DNA from: a virus
Taxonomy: Duplodnaviria; Caudoviricetes
Length of the DNA stretch: 62,335 bases
IMG/VR virus record: IMGVR_UViG_3300030380_000755
Location: 1 to 62,335 of that record
Reading direction: 5' to 3' (one strand)
The notes under the pieces are model-generated. The model saw nothing but the letters and a program-made list of their open reading frames with translations. It was not told the origin of the DNA and ran no database searches. The translations under genes were made by a program, and so were the position numbers. The first letter of the stretch is position 1, and the number at the start of each line of letters is the position of its first letter. Below, piece by piece: positions 43,942 through 53,555 of the stretch.

Positions 43942-46413
43942 ATGGCTATTGAAAAAGGAATATTCTCTGCCCCGCTAGGGATGGATGAAGAAATTACAGA
44001 TTTAGAAGAAATGGAAGTCCCTGATATAGCGATAGAAATTATCGACCCAGAGGCTGTAACGCTATCTGATGGGAGTATGGAGGTTACCATAATTCCCGGC
44101 ACCGAAGCAGATTTTACCGAGTTCGGGGCCAACCTAGCCGAGATTATGGAAGATAGCGACCTGTCGTCCTTGTCTGACGATCTAATGGGGCAGGTGCAAT
44201 CCGACATAGATAGCCGTAAGGATTGGGCGGATACGTTCGTCAAAGGGTTAGATGTGCTTGGCTTCAAGTATGAAGAACGTACAGACCCATGGGAAGGTGC
44301 GTGTGGTGTGTTCTCTACCGTGCTTGCCGAGGCCGCGATACGGTTCCAAGCAGAAACAATGTCTGAAACGTTTCCCGCTGCGGGACCAGTAAAGACAAAA
44401 ATTCTTGGGGAAGAAACCAAGGAGAAAGAAGAAGCTGCTTCACGCGTGAAAGCGGACATGAATTACGAGTTGACGGAACGTATGGTAGAATATCGTCCCG
44501 AACATGAACGTATGTTGTATAGCCTTGGATTGGCTGGGTCGGCGTTCAAAAAGGTCTATTTTGACCCTAATATGGGCCGTCAGGCGGCTATATACATATC
44601 TGCAGAAGATGTCATTGTACCATACGGTGCATCGAACATTGAGTCTGCAGAACGTGTTACGCACATCATGCGTAAGACAAAGAATGATTTGAAGAAACTA
44701 CAGGCTGGTGGGTTTTACAGGGACGTAGACCTTGGTGACCCCGAAGCATTTCACACTGATATAGAAGAAAAGAAAGCGGAAGAAGGTGGTTATTCGCTAA
44801 CCAATGATGATCGCTACGCTGTCTATGAAATCCACGCTGACCTTTTGATTGAAGGTATAGACGATGACGACGGGATTGCTCGACCTTATGTCGTTACGAT
44901 TGAGCGTGGAAGTGGCGAAGTGTTGGCGGTCCGTAGGAATTACGAGGAGGGCGATTCCCTGACCCTCAAGCGCCAACACTTCGTCCATTACGTGTACGTG
45001 CCGGGATTTGGGTTTTACGGGCTTGGCCTTATACATATTATTGGTGGTTACGCCAAAGCAGGAACTTCCTTGATACGTCAGCTCGTTGACGCGGGTACGC
45101 TATCGAACCTCCCCGGTGGATTAAAATCGCGTGGGTTGCGTATCAAGGGGGACGATACACCGATAGAACCGGGTGAGTTTAAGGATGTAGACGTACCGTC
45201 TGGTAGCATCCGTGATAACATTATGCCTCTTCCGTACAAAGAACCCAGTCAAACTCTTCTCGCCCTTTTGAACCAGATTACAACAGAAGGACGTAGGCTA
45301 GGCGCTATTAGTGATATGAATATCTCGGACATGTCTGCTAACGCTCCCGTTGGGACTACATTGGCTCTGTTAGAACGTACTCTGAAGCCTATGGCTGCGG
45401 TGCAGGCGCGTGTACATTATGCGATGAAGCAGGAGTTTAAGCTACTTAAGGCTATTATGGCTGAGTATGCACCCACAGAGTACACATACGTGCCCGTGAG
45501 GGGCGAAGTGTCCGCCAAGCAGGCAGACTACATGATGGTCGATGTGATTCCTGTGAGCGATCCTAACAGCTCTACGATGGCACAACGAGTTGTACAGTAT
45601 CAAGCTGTCCTACAGATGGCACAACAGGCACCACAGATATATGACCTGCCACAGTTACACAGACAGATGATAGAGGTACTAGGGGTCAAGAACGCGGATA
45701 AGCTGGTGCCTACGAAGGACGATGCGAAGCCTACAGACCCTATCAGCGAAAACATGGATGCGTTGGTCGGCAAACCGATGAAGGCATTTATCTACCAAGA
45801 CCACGAAGCGCATATCGCTACGCACACATCATTTATGCAAGACCCGATGATGGCGCAGATGATCGGGCAAAATCCACAGGCAAAACAGATTATGGCGTCT
45901 CTACAGGCCCATATTGCCGAACACCTCGGGTTCTCTTACCGCAAAAAGATCGAAGAGAAGCTGGGCGCACCATTACCCGCTCCGAACGAGGAGCTGCCAG
46001 AAGATATGGAAGTACAACTGTCACGTTTGGTTGCAGACGCAGGCAAGCAGCTTACACAGGCAAATCAGCAGCAAGCAGCGCAGCAGAAGGCTCAACAGCA
46101 ACAGCAAGACCCAATTATCCAAATGAAACAGGCGGAACTACAGGTCAAGCAACAAGAGCAGCAGCGTAAGATGGCTAAAGATCAGGCCGATGCACAAGCT
46201 AAACAGACTGAACTAAAGCAAAAACAACAGAAGATGATGATTGATGCTAAGATCGCATCAGAACAGATTAATGTTGATAAAGCTGAACTCGCTATAGATG
46301 CAAAACGTCAAGGCGTAAAAGAAGCTACGGCAAAACGCATTGAAGACAACAAGGTAGAACTTGAACTTGCCCGTATGGCGCGAGCTAACCAGAAACCTAA
46401 AAAGGAGAAATAA
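43942..46413 (+). CDS. Portal protein (P22-like with C-terminal helical barrel)
   Basis: 823 aa after TerL; GSAFKKVYFD, GFYGLG motifs; Q-rich coiled C-terminus. Confidence 0.88.
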   Translation: MAIEKGIFSAPLGMDEEITDLEEMEVPDIAIEIIDPEAVTLSDGSMEVTIIPGTEADFTEFGANLAEIMEDSDLSSLSDDLMGQVQSDIDSRKDWADTFVKGLDVLGFKYEERTDPWEGACGVFSTVLAEAAIRFQAETMSETFPAAGPVKTKILGEETKEKEEAASRVKADMNYELTERMVEYRPEHERMLYSLGLAGSAFKKVYFDPNMGRQAAIYISAEDVIVPYGASNIESAERVTHIMRKTKNDLKKLQAGGFYRDVDLGDPEAFHTDIEEKKAEEGGYSLTNDDRYAVYEIHADLLIEGIDDDDGIARPYVVTIERGSGEVLAVRRNYEEGDSLTLKRQHFVHYVYVPGFGFYGLGLIHIIGGYAKAGTSLIRQLVDAGTLSNLPGGLKSRGLRIKGDDTPIEPGEFKDVDVPSGSIRDNIMPLPYKEPSQTLLALLNQITTEGRRLGAISDMNISDMSANAPVGTTLALLERTLKPMAAVQARVHYAMKQEFKLLKAIMAEYAPTEYTYVPVRGEVSAKQADYMMVDVIPVSDPNSSTMAQRVVQYQAVLQMAQQAPQIYDLPQLHRQMIEVLGVKNADKLVPTKDDAKPTDPISENMDALVGKPMKAFIYQDHEAHIATHTSFMQDPMMAQMIGQNPQAKQIMASLQAHIAEHLGFSYRKKIEEKLGAPLPAPNEELPEDMEVQLSRLVADAGKQLTQANQQQAAQQKAQQQQQDPIIQMKQAELQVKQQEQQRKMAKDQADAQAKQTELKQKQQKMMIDAKIASEQINVDKAELAIDAKRQGVKEATAKRIEDNKVELELARMARANQKPKKEK

Positions 46414-46419
46414 CGCCTC

Positions 46420-46617
46420 ATGGCTAAAACCGTCTTTGACGTGCTGAAAGATAGAATCAACGACGATATATCGTCTGCACAGAGTTTCCTAAACGCAGGG
46501 TCACCTAAAGACTATGCGAATTATAGGGAAGTTGTTGGCTTAATTCGGGGTCTCGAAGCCACCAAATCTTACATTGAAGACCTTGCGAAAAATTATATGG
46601 ATGACGATGATGACTGA
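46420..46617 (+). CDS. Small head-module protein
   Basis: DYANYREVVG.IRGL motif; lies between portal and GroES. Confidence 0.65.
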   Translation: MAKTVFDVLKDRINDDISSAQSFLNAGSPKDYANYREVVGLIRGLEATKSYIEDLAKNYMDDDDD

Positions 46618-46984
46618 AGCAGCAGTTAAAATCAGCGATGCTGAATTGGAGTTACAACTCCCAAAACCCGTAGGCTACCGTGTACTCGTAGCACTACCGC
46701 AACCAGAAGAAACCATATCGGGGACTTCTATTATTAAAACAGATACCGCCAAAACCCAAGATCATATTATGTCTATTATTGGCCTTGTCGTGGATATGGG
46801 GTTAGGCGCATACGCGGATAAAGACCGTTTCCCTGATGGACCTTGGTGTAAAGAAGGTGACTTTGTGATGTTTCGTATGAATTCAGGCACACGGTTTACC
46901 ATCGGTGGTGTAGAATATCGGCTAATGAATGACGACTCTATTGAGGCTGTTGTAGCTGATCCAACGGGCATACAGAGGGCGTAG
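46610..46984 (+). CDS. groES: Co-chaperonin GroES-like protein
   Basis: PKPVGYRVLV, G.VV.MG, WCKEGD.V, YRLMNDD.I.AVV motifs. Confidence 0.85.
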   Translation: MTEAAVKISDAELELQLPKPVGYRVLVALPQPEETISGTSIIKTDTAKTQDHIMSIIGLVVDMGLGAYADKDRFPDGPWCKEGDFVMFRMNSGTRFTIGGVEYRLMNDDSIEAVVADPTGIQRA

Positions 46985-46986
46985 GC

Positions 46987-48009
46987 ATGGCATTTCAAAA
47001 AGTAGAATTTGAGTTTCCAGAAACTGATAATGAGAATGTGGATATTGAAGAAACTAGCGCAGTTGAAATCGACGTTACTGGTAAGAAAACTGCAGACGAT
47101 TTTGCAGAAGACGCGGCACCAGCTCCTGAACCTGAAAGCAAAAAGGATAGTGATGGTGACGACCTTGAGATTGAGGTTGTTGATGACACGCCAAAAGCTG
47201 ATCGCAACCGTAAACCGTCAGAACCTCCCGAAGATGTTACTGAAGACGAACTTGAAAAATATTCGGAACAAGTTCAGAAACGGATAAAACATTTTACCAA
47301 AGGTTACCATGACGAACGTAGGGCCAAAGAGGAGGCCATGCGTCAAAGTCAAGAGCTTGAACGCGTCACACAGCAGCTTATGGAAGAGAATAAGAAGCTA
47401 AAAGGCAACGTTAATAAGAACCAGACGGCGTTGCTTGAGCAGGCTAAGAAGAACGCAGTAATAGAAACTGAAGCTGCTAAACGATCATACAAAGAAGCGT
47501 ATGAAGCTGGTGATTCAGAGGCTGTGCTCGAAGCACAAGAAAAGTTAACATCTGCTAAGTTAAAGGCTGATAGGTTAGCAAACTTTAAATTACCTGCTTT
47601 ACAGGAGGAAGAAACTCCTGTACAACCAAAATCAGAACCCGCCCCGGCAGTACAGGTCGATGAACGGGCCGCAAATTGGCAGCAAGCCAATCCGTGGTTT
47701 GGACCCGACGATGAGATGACGAGTTTAGCGCTGGGGTTGCATAATAAACTTGTCAAACAGGGCGTAAGCCCGCAAAGTGATGAATACTACGAGGCAATAG
47801 ATACTCGTATGCGTCAAGTATTCCCCGATAATTTCGAGGATGCTGAACCAAAGCGAAAGACACAGGTAGTGGCACCCGCAACGCGGAGCACAGCCCCTAA
47901 AAAGGTAACACTGACCAAGACCCAAGTTCAGCTCGCTAAGAGATTGGGGTTAACGCCTCAACAATACGCCAAACAGGTTGCATTAGATATGAGGAAACAA
48001 AATGGCTGA
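46987..48009 (+). CDS. Capsid scaffolding protein
   Basis: Acidic N-terminus, coiled coil, W...NPWFG, LT..Q..LAKRLG motifs. Confidence 0.7.
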   Translation: MAFQKVEFEFPETDNENVDIEETSAVEIDVTGKKTADDFAEDAAPAPEPESKKDSDGDDLEIEVVDDTPKADRNRKPSEPPEDVTEDELEKYSEQVQKRIKHFTKGYHDERRAKEEAMRQSQELERVTQQLMEENKKLKGNVNKNQTALLEQAKKNAVIETEAAKRSYKEAYEAGDSEAVLEAQEKLTSAKLKADRLANFKLPALQEEETPVQPKSEPAPAVQVDERAANWQQANPWFGPDDEMTSLALGLHNKLVKQGVSPQSDEYYEAIDTRMRQVFPDNFEDAEPKRKTQVVAPATRSTAPKKVTLTKTQVQLAKRLGLTPQQYAKQVALDMRKQNG

Positions 48010-48451
48010 AAATCGGATTAATCGTGAATTAGAAACCCGCGAACGTACAGTTCGTAAAAAGGCTTGGACGCGCCCCGAGGTATTACCCTCTCCTAATCCC
48101 GAGCCGGGGTATGATTTTCACTGGGTACGCGTAAGTACGCAGGGTCAGGTCGATGCTACGAATGTTTCTTCAAAACTTCGTGAAGGTTGGGAGCCTGTAA
48201 AGGCGTCGGATCATCCAGAAATTACCATTGTTGCGATTGAACAAGAACGCTTCAAGGACAATGTGGTTATTGGTGGTTTGATGTTGTGTAAGGCTCCGAA
48301 AGAGATGGTTGAAGAGCGGAACGCCTATTATAATGAACAGGCACAAGCTCAGATGAATTCTGTTGACAACAACCTTATGAGAGAAAATGACCCTCGTATG
48401 CCGTTGTTTAATGAACGGAAGACGAAGGTTACTTTCGGTAAAGGAACTTAA
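48002..48451 (+). CDS. Conserved head-module protein
   Basis: GY..HWVR, REGWEPV, GGLMLCK motifs. Confidence 0.7.
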   Translation: MAENRINRELETRERTVRKKAWTRPEVLPSPNPEPGYDFHWVRVSTQGQVDATNVSSKLREGWEPVKASDHPEITIVAIEQERFKDNVVIGGLMLCKAPKEMVEERNAYYNEQAQAQMNSVDNNLMRENDPRMPLFNERKTKVTFGKGT

Positions 48452-48466
48452 TCTTAGGAGCTTTAG

Positions 48467-49063
48467 ATGGCTTATCCTTCTGTTAGCGGACCTTATGGTC
48501 TGGTTCCGGTAAAATTACTAAGCGGTGTTCCCTTTGTTGGGGGCGTTTACCGCCAAATGAGTATTGCTAGCGGTTACGCTACTAGTATCTTCTTTGGTGA
48601 TGCCGTTAAAGTGGTTACCGGAGGCACTGTCGAACGTGATCCGTTCGATGCTGCAATGACACCTGTTGGTGTTTTCATGGGTTGTAAATACACTGATCCA
48701 AACTTGGGTTATGAATTATACAGCCAATCTTATCCTGCAGGCACAGTCGCAAGCGACATTGAGGCTTATGTAGCAGACGCTACTGACCTCTTGTTCAAAG
48801 CCGCTGTTGTTTCTTCAGGTACAACTATTGGCGATCTAGCTATAACCGATATCGGCGCAAACGTAGCAGGCGTAGACAACACAGGTGACTCGACTTCGGG
48901 TAACTCGCGTGGTGCTATTTCTGATACATCAGCAACTACTAACACGTTGCCGTTTCGCATTATTGGTTTGGTTGAAGAAACCAAAAACACAAGTGGTGGT
49001 TACACTGAAGCCTACGTTAAATGGAACGCAGGTCATCAGTACAGTAACACTACTGGCGTATAA
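48467..49063 (+). CDS. Capsid cement/decoration protein
   Basis: 198 aa, IF.GD.V and GVF.GC.Y motifs; directly upstream of the major capsid gene. Confidence 0.6.
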   Translation: MAYPSVSGPYGLVPVKLLSGVPFVGGVYRQMSIASGYATSIFFGDAVKVVTGGTVERDPFDAAMTPVGVFMGCKYTDPNLGYELYSQSYPAGTVASDIEAYVADATDLLFKAAVVSSGTTIGDLAITDIGANVAGVDNTGDSTSGNSRGAISDTSATTNTLPFRIIGLVEETKNTSGGYTEAYVKWNAGHQYSNTTGV

Positions 49064-49075
49064 GGAGGTTAATGA

Positions 49076-49984
49076 ATGGCTATTTCACGCGCCCAGCTAC
49101 TTAAAGAGCTGCTCCCCGGCCTGAACGCATTGTTCGGAATGGAATACGCAAAATACGGCGAAGAACACGCTGAAATCTTTGAAACCGAATCATCAGATCG
49201 GTCATTTGAGGAAGAAACCAAATTATCTGGTTTTTCAGCAGCGCCAGTTAAAGGTGAAGGTTCCGCAATTGAGTATGATAACGCTCAAGAAGCATGGACT
49301 GCACGCTACACACACGAAACAGTTGCGATGGGTTTCTCAATTACTGAGGAAGCTATTGAGGATAACCTGTATGACTCCTTGTCATCTCGTTATACTAAAG
49401 CACTGGCTCGTGCCATGGCGTACACGAAGCAAGTTAAGGCTGCTGCAGTTCTTAACAACGCCTTCGCCGCAGGCACCACATACGGTGACGGTAAATCCTT
49501 GTGTGCTACCGACCACCCATTGGTATCTGGTGGAACTAACTCTAACACGCCAACAGTAGCGGCTGACCTCAACGAGACATCGCTTGAAGCAGCAGTTATT
49601 CAGATTGCGGGTTGGACAGACGAGCGTGGTTTGCTTATTGCATCACAACCACGTAAGTTGGTTATACCACCAGCACTGCAGTTTGTGGCAACTCGTCTCC
49701 TAGAGACAGAAGGTCGTGTCGGTACCGCCGATAACGATTTGAACGCACTACGCAATAACGGGTCAATCCCTGAAGGCTATGCGGTCAACCACTATCTGAC
49801 AGACACCAATGCTTGGTTCTTGATGACTGACGTACCAAACGGTCTTAAGCACTTCACTCGTGCGCCAATGGCGACTTCGATGGATGCTGATTTCGATACA
49901 GGCAACAGTCGTTATAAAGCCCGTGAGCGTTACAGCTTCGGTGTATCTGACCCACTGGGTATCTTCGGTTCGCCCGGAGCGTAA
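49076..49984 (+). CDS. Major capsid protein (Mu gpT-like)
   Basis: MAISRAQLLKELLPGL, ITEEAIEDNLY, P.KLVIPP.L, YLTD..AWFL, RERYSFG.SDP..I.GS.G motifs. Confidence 0.9.
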   Translation: MAISRAQLLKELLPGLNALFGMEYAKYGEEHAEIFETESSDRSFEEETKLSGFSAAPVKGEGSAIEYDNAQEAWTARYTHETVAMGFSITEEAIEDNLYDSLSSRYTKALARAMAYTKQVKAAAVLNNAFAAGTTYGDGKSLCATDHPLVSGGTNSNTPTVAADLNETSLEAAVIQIAGWTDERGLLIASQPRKLVIPPALQFVATRLLETEGRVGTADNDLNALRNNGSIPEGYAVNHYLTDTNAWFLMTDVPNGLKHFTRAPMATSMDADFDTGNSRYKARERYSFGVSDPLGIFGSPGA

Positions 49985-50006
49985 GGCAGGTCATACAGAC
50001 GAGGTT

Positions 50007-50036
50007 AGGGGTCACTTCGGTGGCCCCTTTCTTTTT
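50007..50036 (+). terminator. Intrinsic terminator after the capsid gene
   Basis: aggggtcac-ttcg-gtggcccct followed by a T-tract. Confidence 0.85.
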
Positions 50037-50037
50037 G

Positions 50038-50067
50038 TTGACATATTATATTATGTAATGGTATGTT
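50038..50067 (+). promoter_or_regulatory. Putative promoter
   Basis: TTGACA-18 nt-TATGTT with an extended -10 TG. Confidence 0.5.
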
Positions 50068-50075
50068 GTTAATTA

Positions 50076-50149
50076 TCGGGAACATCCCGTGAATCTGACA
50101 GGCCCGACTGACGACATGCAGACAGATTCACTTAACTTGCATGTGAGGA
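50076..50149 (+). ncRNA. Pseudoknotted RNA element downstream of the gpT-like capsid gene (possibly Mu-gpT-DE motif)
   Basis: Interleaved pairings tcggg/cccga, gtgaatctg/cagattcac and acatgca/tgcatgt, ending at the SD. Confidence 0.55.
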
Positions 50150-50156
50150 TATATTC

Positions 50157-50381
50157 ATGGCGAATACCACCTTTTCAGGTCCAGTGACCTCTACCAACGG
50201 CTTTGTTGGTGATATTAAAGTTCCAACTTATACCGTAGCTAACGCTCCATCTGCTGCTACAGCAGGCGCAGGTACAGTTGTGTTCGTTTCAAATGGTGCG
50301 GCTGGTGCCGCTATCTTGGCTTTCTCTGACGGAACAAATTGGAAGCGTTCTGACACAGGCGGCACAATCGCAGCATCATAA
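50157..50381 (+). CDS. Small virion (head fibre/decoration-like) protein
   Basis: MANTTFSGPV start; AFSDGTNW motif. Confidence 0.65.
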   Translation: MANTTFSGPVTSTNGFVGDIKVPTYTVANAPSAATAGAGTVVFVSNGAAGAAILAFSDGTNWKRSDTGGTIAAS

Positions 50382-50392
50382 GGGGGTAGATC

Positions 50393-50611
50393 ATGAGATT
50401 TGCACCACCAAGTGCTGAAGAATTAGCGGCTCGTGGGTTAGACCCAGATGGAAACCCCCTAAAGGTATGGATTAACCCCAAAAAAACCCGTGCCCGTAAC
50501 ACAGATGGTACGCTTAAAGCGGACGACCCTTCTACGCCTGATGTAAATGAGGCATGGGACGATAACTCTGCTACCAAGAAGCGTGGTCGTCCTAAAAAGA
50601 AGAAGGGCTAA
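50393..50611 (+). CDS. Small hypothetical protein with basic tail
   Basis: RAR..DG...ADDPSTPD.NEAW; KKRGRPKK. Confidence 0.7.
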   Translation: MRFAPPSAEELAARGLDPDGNPLKVWINPKKTRARNTDGTLKADDPSTPDVNEAWDDNSATKKRGRPKKKKG

Positions 50612-50614
50612 CAT

Positions 50615-50887
50615 ATGTCTTCTGATGTATTATCCAAACGTGTAACAGGCACAGGATCGTTAGGTGTAGGCCCAGCGCGAGTGCGTCAGGTACAAGTTTT
50701 AACAGGTGCAGGCGCGGGGCGTCTTACAGTTACTAACGGTAACGGGGGCACTACAGTGTTGGATATTGATTTTCTAGCATCCGACTCTCATTCAATTAAT
50801 ATTCCTGATGATGGTATTCGTTGCGCTTCCGATGTTCATGTATCCGTGGCTACTAATATAACCGCCATGACTTTCTTCTATAGCTAG
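50615..50887 (+). CDS. Small beta-rich virion protein
   Basis: 90 aa; IPDDGI motif; position in the late operon. Confidence 0.65.
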   Translation: MSSDVLSKRVTGTGSLGVGPARVRQVQVLTGAGAGRLTVTNGNGGTTVLDIDFLASDSHSINIPDDGIRCASDVHVSVATNITAMTFFYS

Positions 50888-50896
50888 GAGGGTGTT

Positions 50897-51205
50897 GTGC
50901 GGGCATACTATAAAAAAGGCGGGGGAGTAAAGTCTCCCGCTTGGCAGCGCAAAGAAGGTAAAAGCGAGTCTGGTGGCTTAAATGCCAAGGGTGTCGCTAG
51001 TTATCGAAAAGCCAACCCCGGTAGCAAATTGAAGACGGCGGTTACTACTAAGCCCAGCAAACTTAAAAAAGGTTCTAAAGCTGCTAAACGGCGTAAGTCG
51101 TTCTGTGCACGCATGAAGGGCATGAAGAAACGTAATACGAGCGCAAAGACGGCTAACGACCCAAACAGCCGCATAAATAAGAGTTTACGGAAGTGGAATT
51201 GCTAA
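50897..51205 (+). CDS. Very basic protein (DUF6321-like)
   Basis: GGLNAKG, RRKSFCARM, SLRKWNC motifs. Confidence 0.7.
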   Translation: MRAYYKKGGGVKSPAWQRKEGKSESGGLNAKGVASYRKANPGSKLKTAVTTKPSKLKKGSKAAKRRKSFCARMKGMKKRNTSAKTANDPNSRINKSLRKWNC

Positions 51206-51232
51206 TGTCCGTAGAACGTAAAAAGGAGTTTT

Positions 51233-51934
51233 ATGCCTTATCTACAAAGTAACATACCCTATTTCAAAGCATGGGTTCGCAGAGAGTACACGAAGAATTT
51301 AGAGGAGTATCACGGAGAATTTTTACACGCTATGGTAGTCGCAGTAACAACAATGCCAAACCGCACGCTCAGTTTTCAAGTAATATTTACTGGATGTGAG
51401 TCTGATGACACGGACGAGCCAAACGTGCATGGCGGAGCTATGTGGGCTAGAATGCCTCTTACAGCCCTTGTAGCAGACACACCGTACGAGGAGTGGCCTA
51501 CAGAACTACCATCTTATGTAGCGCAACCTTGGGATTGTATGTCACATTATCATAGTGTGTACAAATTGGAACGAGCTTCCCCTGCGCCATGGATAGCTAA
51601 AGTAGATGGTGAGTTTTACCCCGCAAAGTATTATTTTACTGTCGATTACACTGATAGTGAAGTAGCTGACGACCCAGCGCAGCATAAGCAAAGTCACGTA
51701 CTTGAATTATTAGATGCTGGGGAGTATACAGGTAATATAGTAGCATTACCAAATAACCGGGTTCGCGTTACGCACCCTGCGTGGTTTGAGACAGGCCAAG
51801 GTGCCCCAGACTTCAAACCAAATCAACATTCATACGGTTCAAAAGAAGACGTGGATTACGTTTGGGATACGGGCCGAGTGTTCAACAATCTGTATAAGGA
51901 AACTGACGATGATGCGACCAATGATGCGACCTGA
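51233..51934 (+). CDS. Conserved hypothetical protein
   Basis: 233 aa, AAGGAG SD; QPWDC, YYFTVDY, HKQSHV, LPNNR motifs. Confidence 0.75.
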   Translation: MPYLQSNIPYFKAWVRREYTKNLEEYHGEFLHAMVVAVTTMPNRTLSFQVIFTGCESDDTDEPNVHGGAMWARMPLTALVADTPYEEWPTELPSYVAQPWDCMSHYHSVYKLERASPAPWIAKVDGEFYPAKYYFTVDYTDSEVADDPAQHKQSHVLELLDAGEYTGNIVALPNNRVRVTHPAWFETGQGAPDFKPNQHSYGSKEDVDYVWDTGRVFNNLYKETDDDATNDAT

Positions 51935-52427
51935 AAATATGAAAAAGAAAAAGAAAAAGAAAAGTGGCGCACCCCAAAGCTCTTTGCGCCCTAAAGAACG
52001 TCCTGTAGACGATGGCGGCGCTGTAGCACGAGGAAATCGTGCGGCTATGCGACAAGCTACGGACGCGGCTACACTTACTATGCCAGAAGGACAAAATATG
52101 AAAGCTGGTGGTATGGCTAAGAAAGGCTACAAAGCTGGTGGTAAAATGAAAAAAGGCTACAAAGCTGGTGGTAAAATGAAAAAAGGCTACAAAGCTGGTG
52201 GTAAGCTAGAAATGGTCAAAAACAAACAGGGCAATACAGTTCCTTTTTATGCTGCTGACGGTAAAGGTAAAATGAAAGCTGGCGGTAAAGTTAAAAAAGG
52301 TTATGCCGCAGGTGGTAAAACCAAAGGTGCAGCTAAAGGTGGTAAAACTAAAGGCGCAGCTAGAGGTGGTAAAGTACGAGGAGCAGGTATTGCTCGCAAA
52401 GGTGTACGCCCAGCAAAGATAGTCTAA
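51909..52427 (+). CDS. Lys/Gly-rich basic repeat protein
   Basis: KKGYKAGGK repeats; start reassigned to ATG 51909 (AAGGA SD). Confidence 0.7.
   Translation: MMRPMMRPENMKKKKKKKSGAPQSSLRPKERPVDDGGAVARGNRAAMRQATDAATLTMPEGQNMKAGGMAKKGYKAGGKMKKGYKAGGKMKKGYKAGGKLEMVKNKQGNTVPFYAADGKGKMKAGGKVKKGYAAGGKTKGAAKGGKTKGAARGGKVRGAGIARKGVRPAKIV
52101..52204 (+). repeat. 30-bp tandem repeat (about 3.5 units)
   Basis: aaagctggtggt... recurs at 52101, 52131, 52161 and 52191. Confidence 0.95.
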
Positions 52428-52591
52428 TGCGTAGATATTACCGCAAAAGTGCTTGTAGCAAAGGTTACAAAAAGGGCGGTACTGTTAAGGACGCGTGCTA
52501 TCGTAAGGTAAAGGCTTCGTATAAAGTGTTCCCGAGTGCATATGCGAGTGGGGCCATTGCAAAATGTAGAAAGAAAAAGGCAGGCAAGTAA
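52427..52591 (+). CDS. 54-aa basic protein (not in ORF track)
   Basis: MRRYYRK...YKKGGTVKDACY.KVK..YKVFPSAYASGAIAKCRK; overlaps both neighbours by 1 nt. Confidence 0.7.
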   Translation: MRRYYRKSACSKGYKKGGTVKDACYRKVKASYKVFPSAYASGAIAKCRKKKAGK

Positions 52592-52869
52592 TGGCTGTTC
52601 GCAAAACCGCAAAAGGGGCTGCATTAAAACGCTGGTTCAAGGAGGACTGGAAAGATGTTAAGACGGGTAAGCCGTGTGGTCGTAAAAAAGGTGAAAGCCG
52701 AGGTACACCGTACTGTAGACCATCTAAACGAGTTTCTAGCAAAACTCCAAAAACTAGTGGGGAAATGACGAAGGCTGAGAAAAGCAAACGTATAGCGCAA
52801 AAAAAGCGTTTAGGACAACCAGCGGGTAAACCCAGACGGGTATCTCCGTTAAAAAGGCGTAAGAAATGA
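52591..52869 (+). CDS. Very basic protein (DUF5872-like)
   Basis: LKRWFKEDW, KPCGR, PYCRP motifs. Confidence 0.7.
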   Translation: MAVRKTAKGAALKRWFKEDWKDVKTGKPCGRKKGESRGTPYCRPSKRVSSKTPKTSGEMTKAEKSKRIAQKKRLGQPAGKPRRVSPLKRRKK

Positions 52870-53555
52870 CGACATCAGGTACCACAGCGTTTGATATGGA
52901 CTTCACCGAAATAGCGGAAGAAGCATGGGAACGTGCAGGCCGCGAGATGCGTTCAGGATATGACCTACGCACTGCTAGACGGTCTATGAACTTAATGACG
53001 ATTGAATGGCAAAATCGTGGCATTAACATGTGGACGATTGATTCTGGTTCGGTAAACTTAGTTCAAGGCACTACACAGTACACTTTGCCAGCGGATACCA
53101 TTGATTTGCTTGAACACCAAATACGTACTAACAGTGGTAACGCCGCAACACAATCTGATCTTACCATAAGCAGGATCAGTGTAAGTACGTACGCGTCTAT
53201 ACCTAACAAGTTAACACAAGGCCGTCCTATACAGCTTTATGTTGAACGTTTACGCGATGCACCAAAGGTGAATGTGTGGCCTGTACCCGATAACAATAAC
53301 TATGTGTTATATTACTGGCGTATGCGTCGCATTCAAGATGCTGGGTCTGGGGTACAAACAGCAGACATGAACTTTCGATTTTTTCCCTGTCTTGTAGCAG
53401 GTTTGGCGTATCACATCGCTATGAAAGTACCTGAACTCGCTGAACGTATTCCCATGTTAAAATCTGTATATGATGAGCAGTACGAACTTGCCGCAGGTGA
53501 AGACCGAGAAAAAACAGCCGAACGATTTGTTCCTAGAATAGCTAGGATTCGTTAA
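52866..53555 (+). CDS. Head-tail adaptor-like protein
   Basis: G...Y.LP.D, G.P..., VWPVPD motifs. Confidence 0.6.
   Translation: MTTSGTTAFDMDFTEIAEEAWERAGREMRSGYDLRTARRSMNLMTIEWQNRGINMWTIDSGSVNLVQGTTQYTLPADTIDLLEHQIRTNSGNAATQSDLTISRISVSTYASIPNKLTQGRPIQLYVERLRDAPKVNVWPVPDNNNYVLYYWRMRRIQDAGSGVQTADMNFRFFPCLVAGLAYHIAMKVPELAERIPMLKSVYDEQYELAAGEDREKTAERFVPRIARIR

Noticed and set aside
50108-50149. CUGACGA as a hammerhead ribozyme core
   Set aside because: The required GAAA after the would-be stem II is absent (the sequence reads tgagga).
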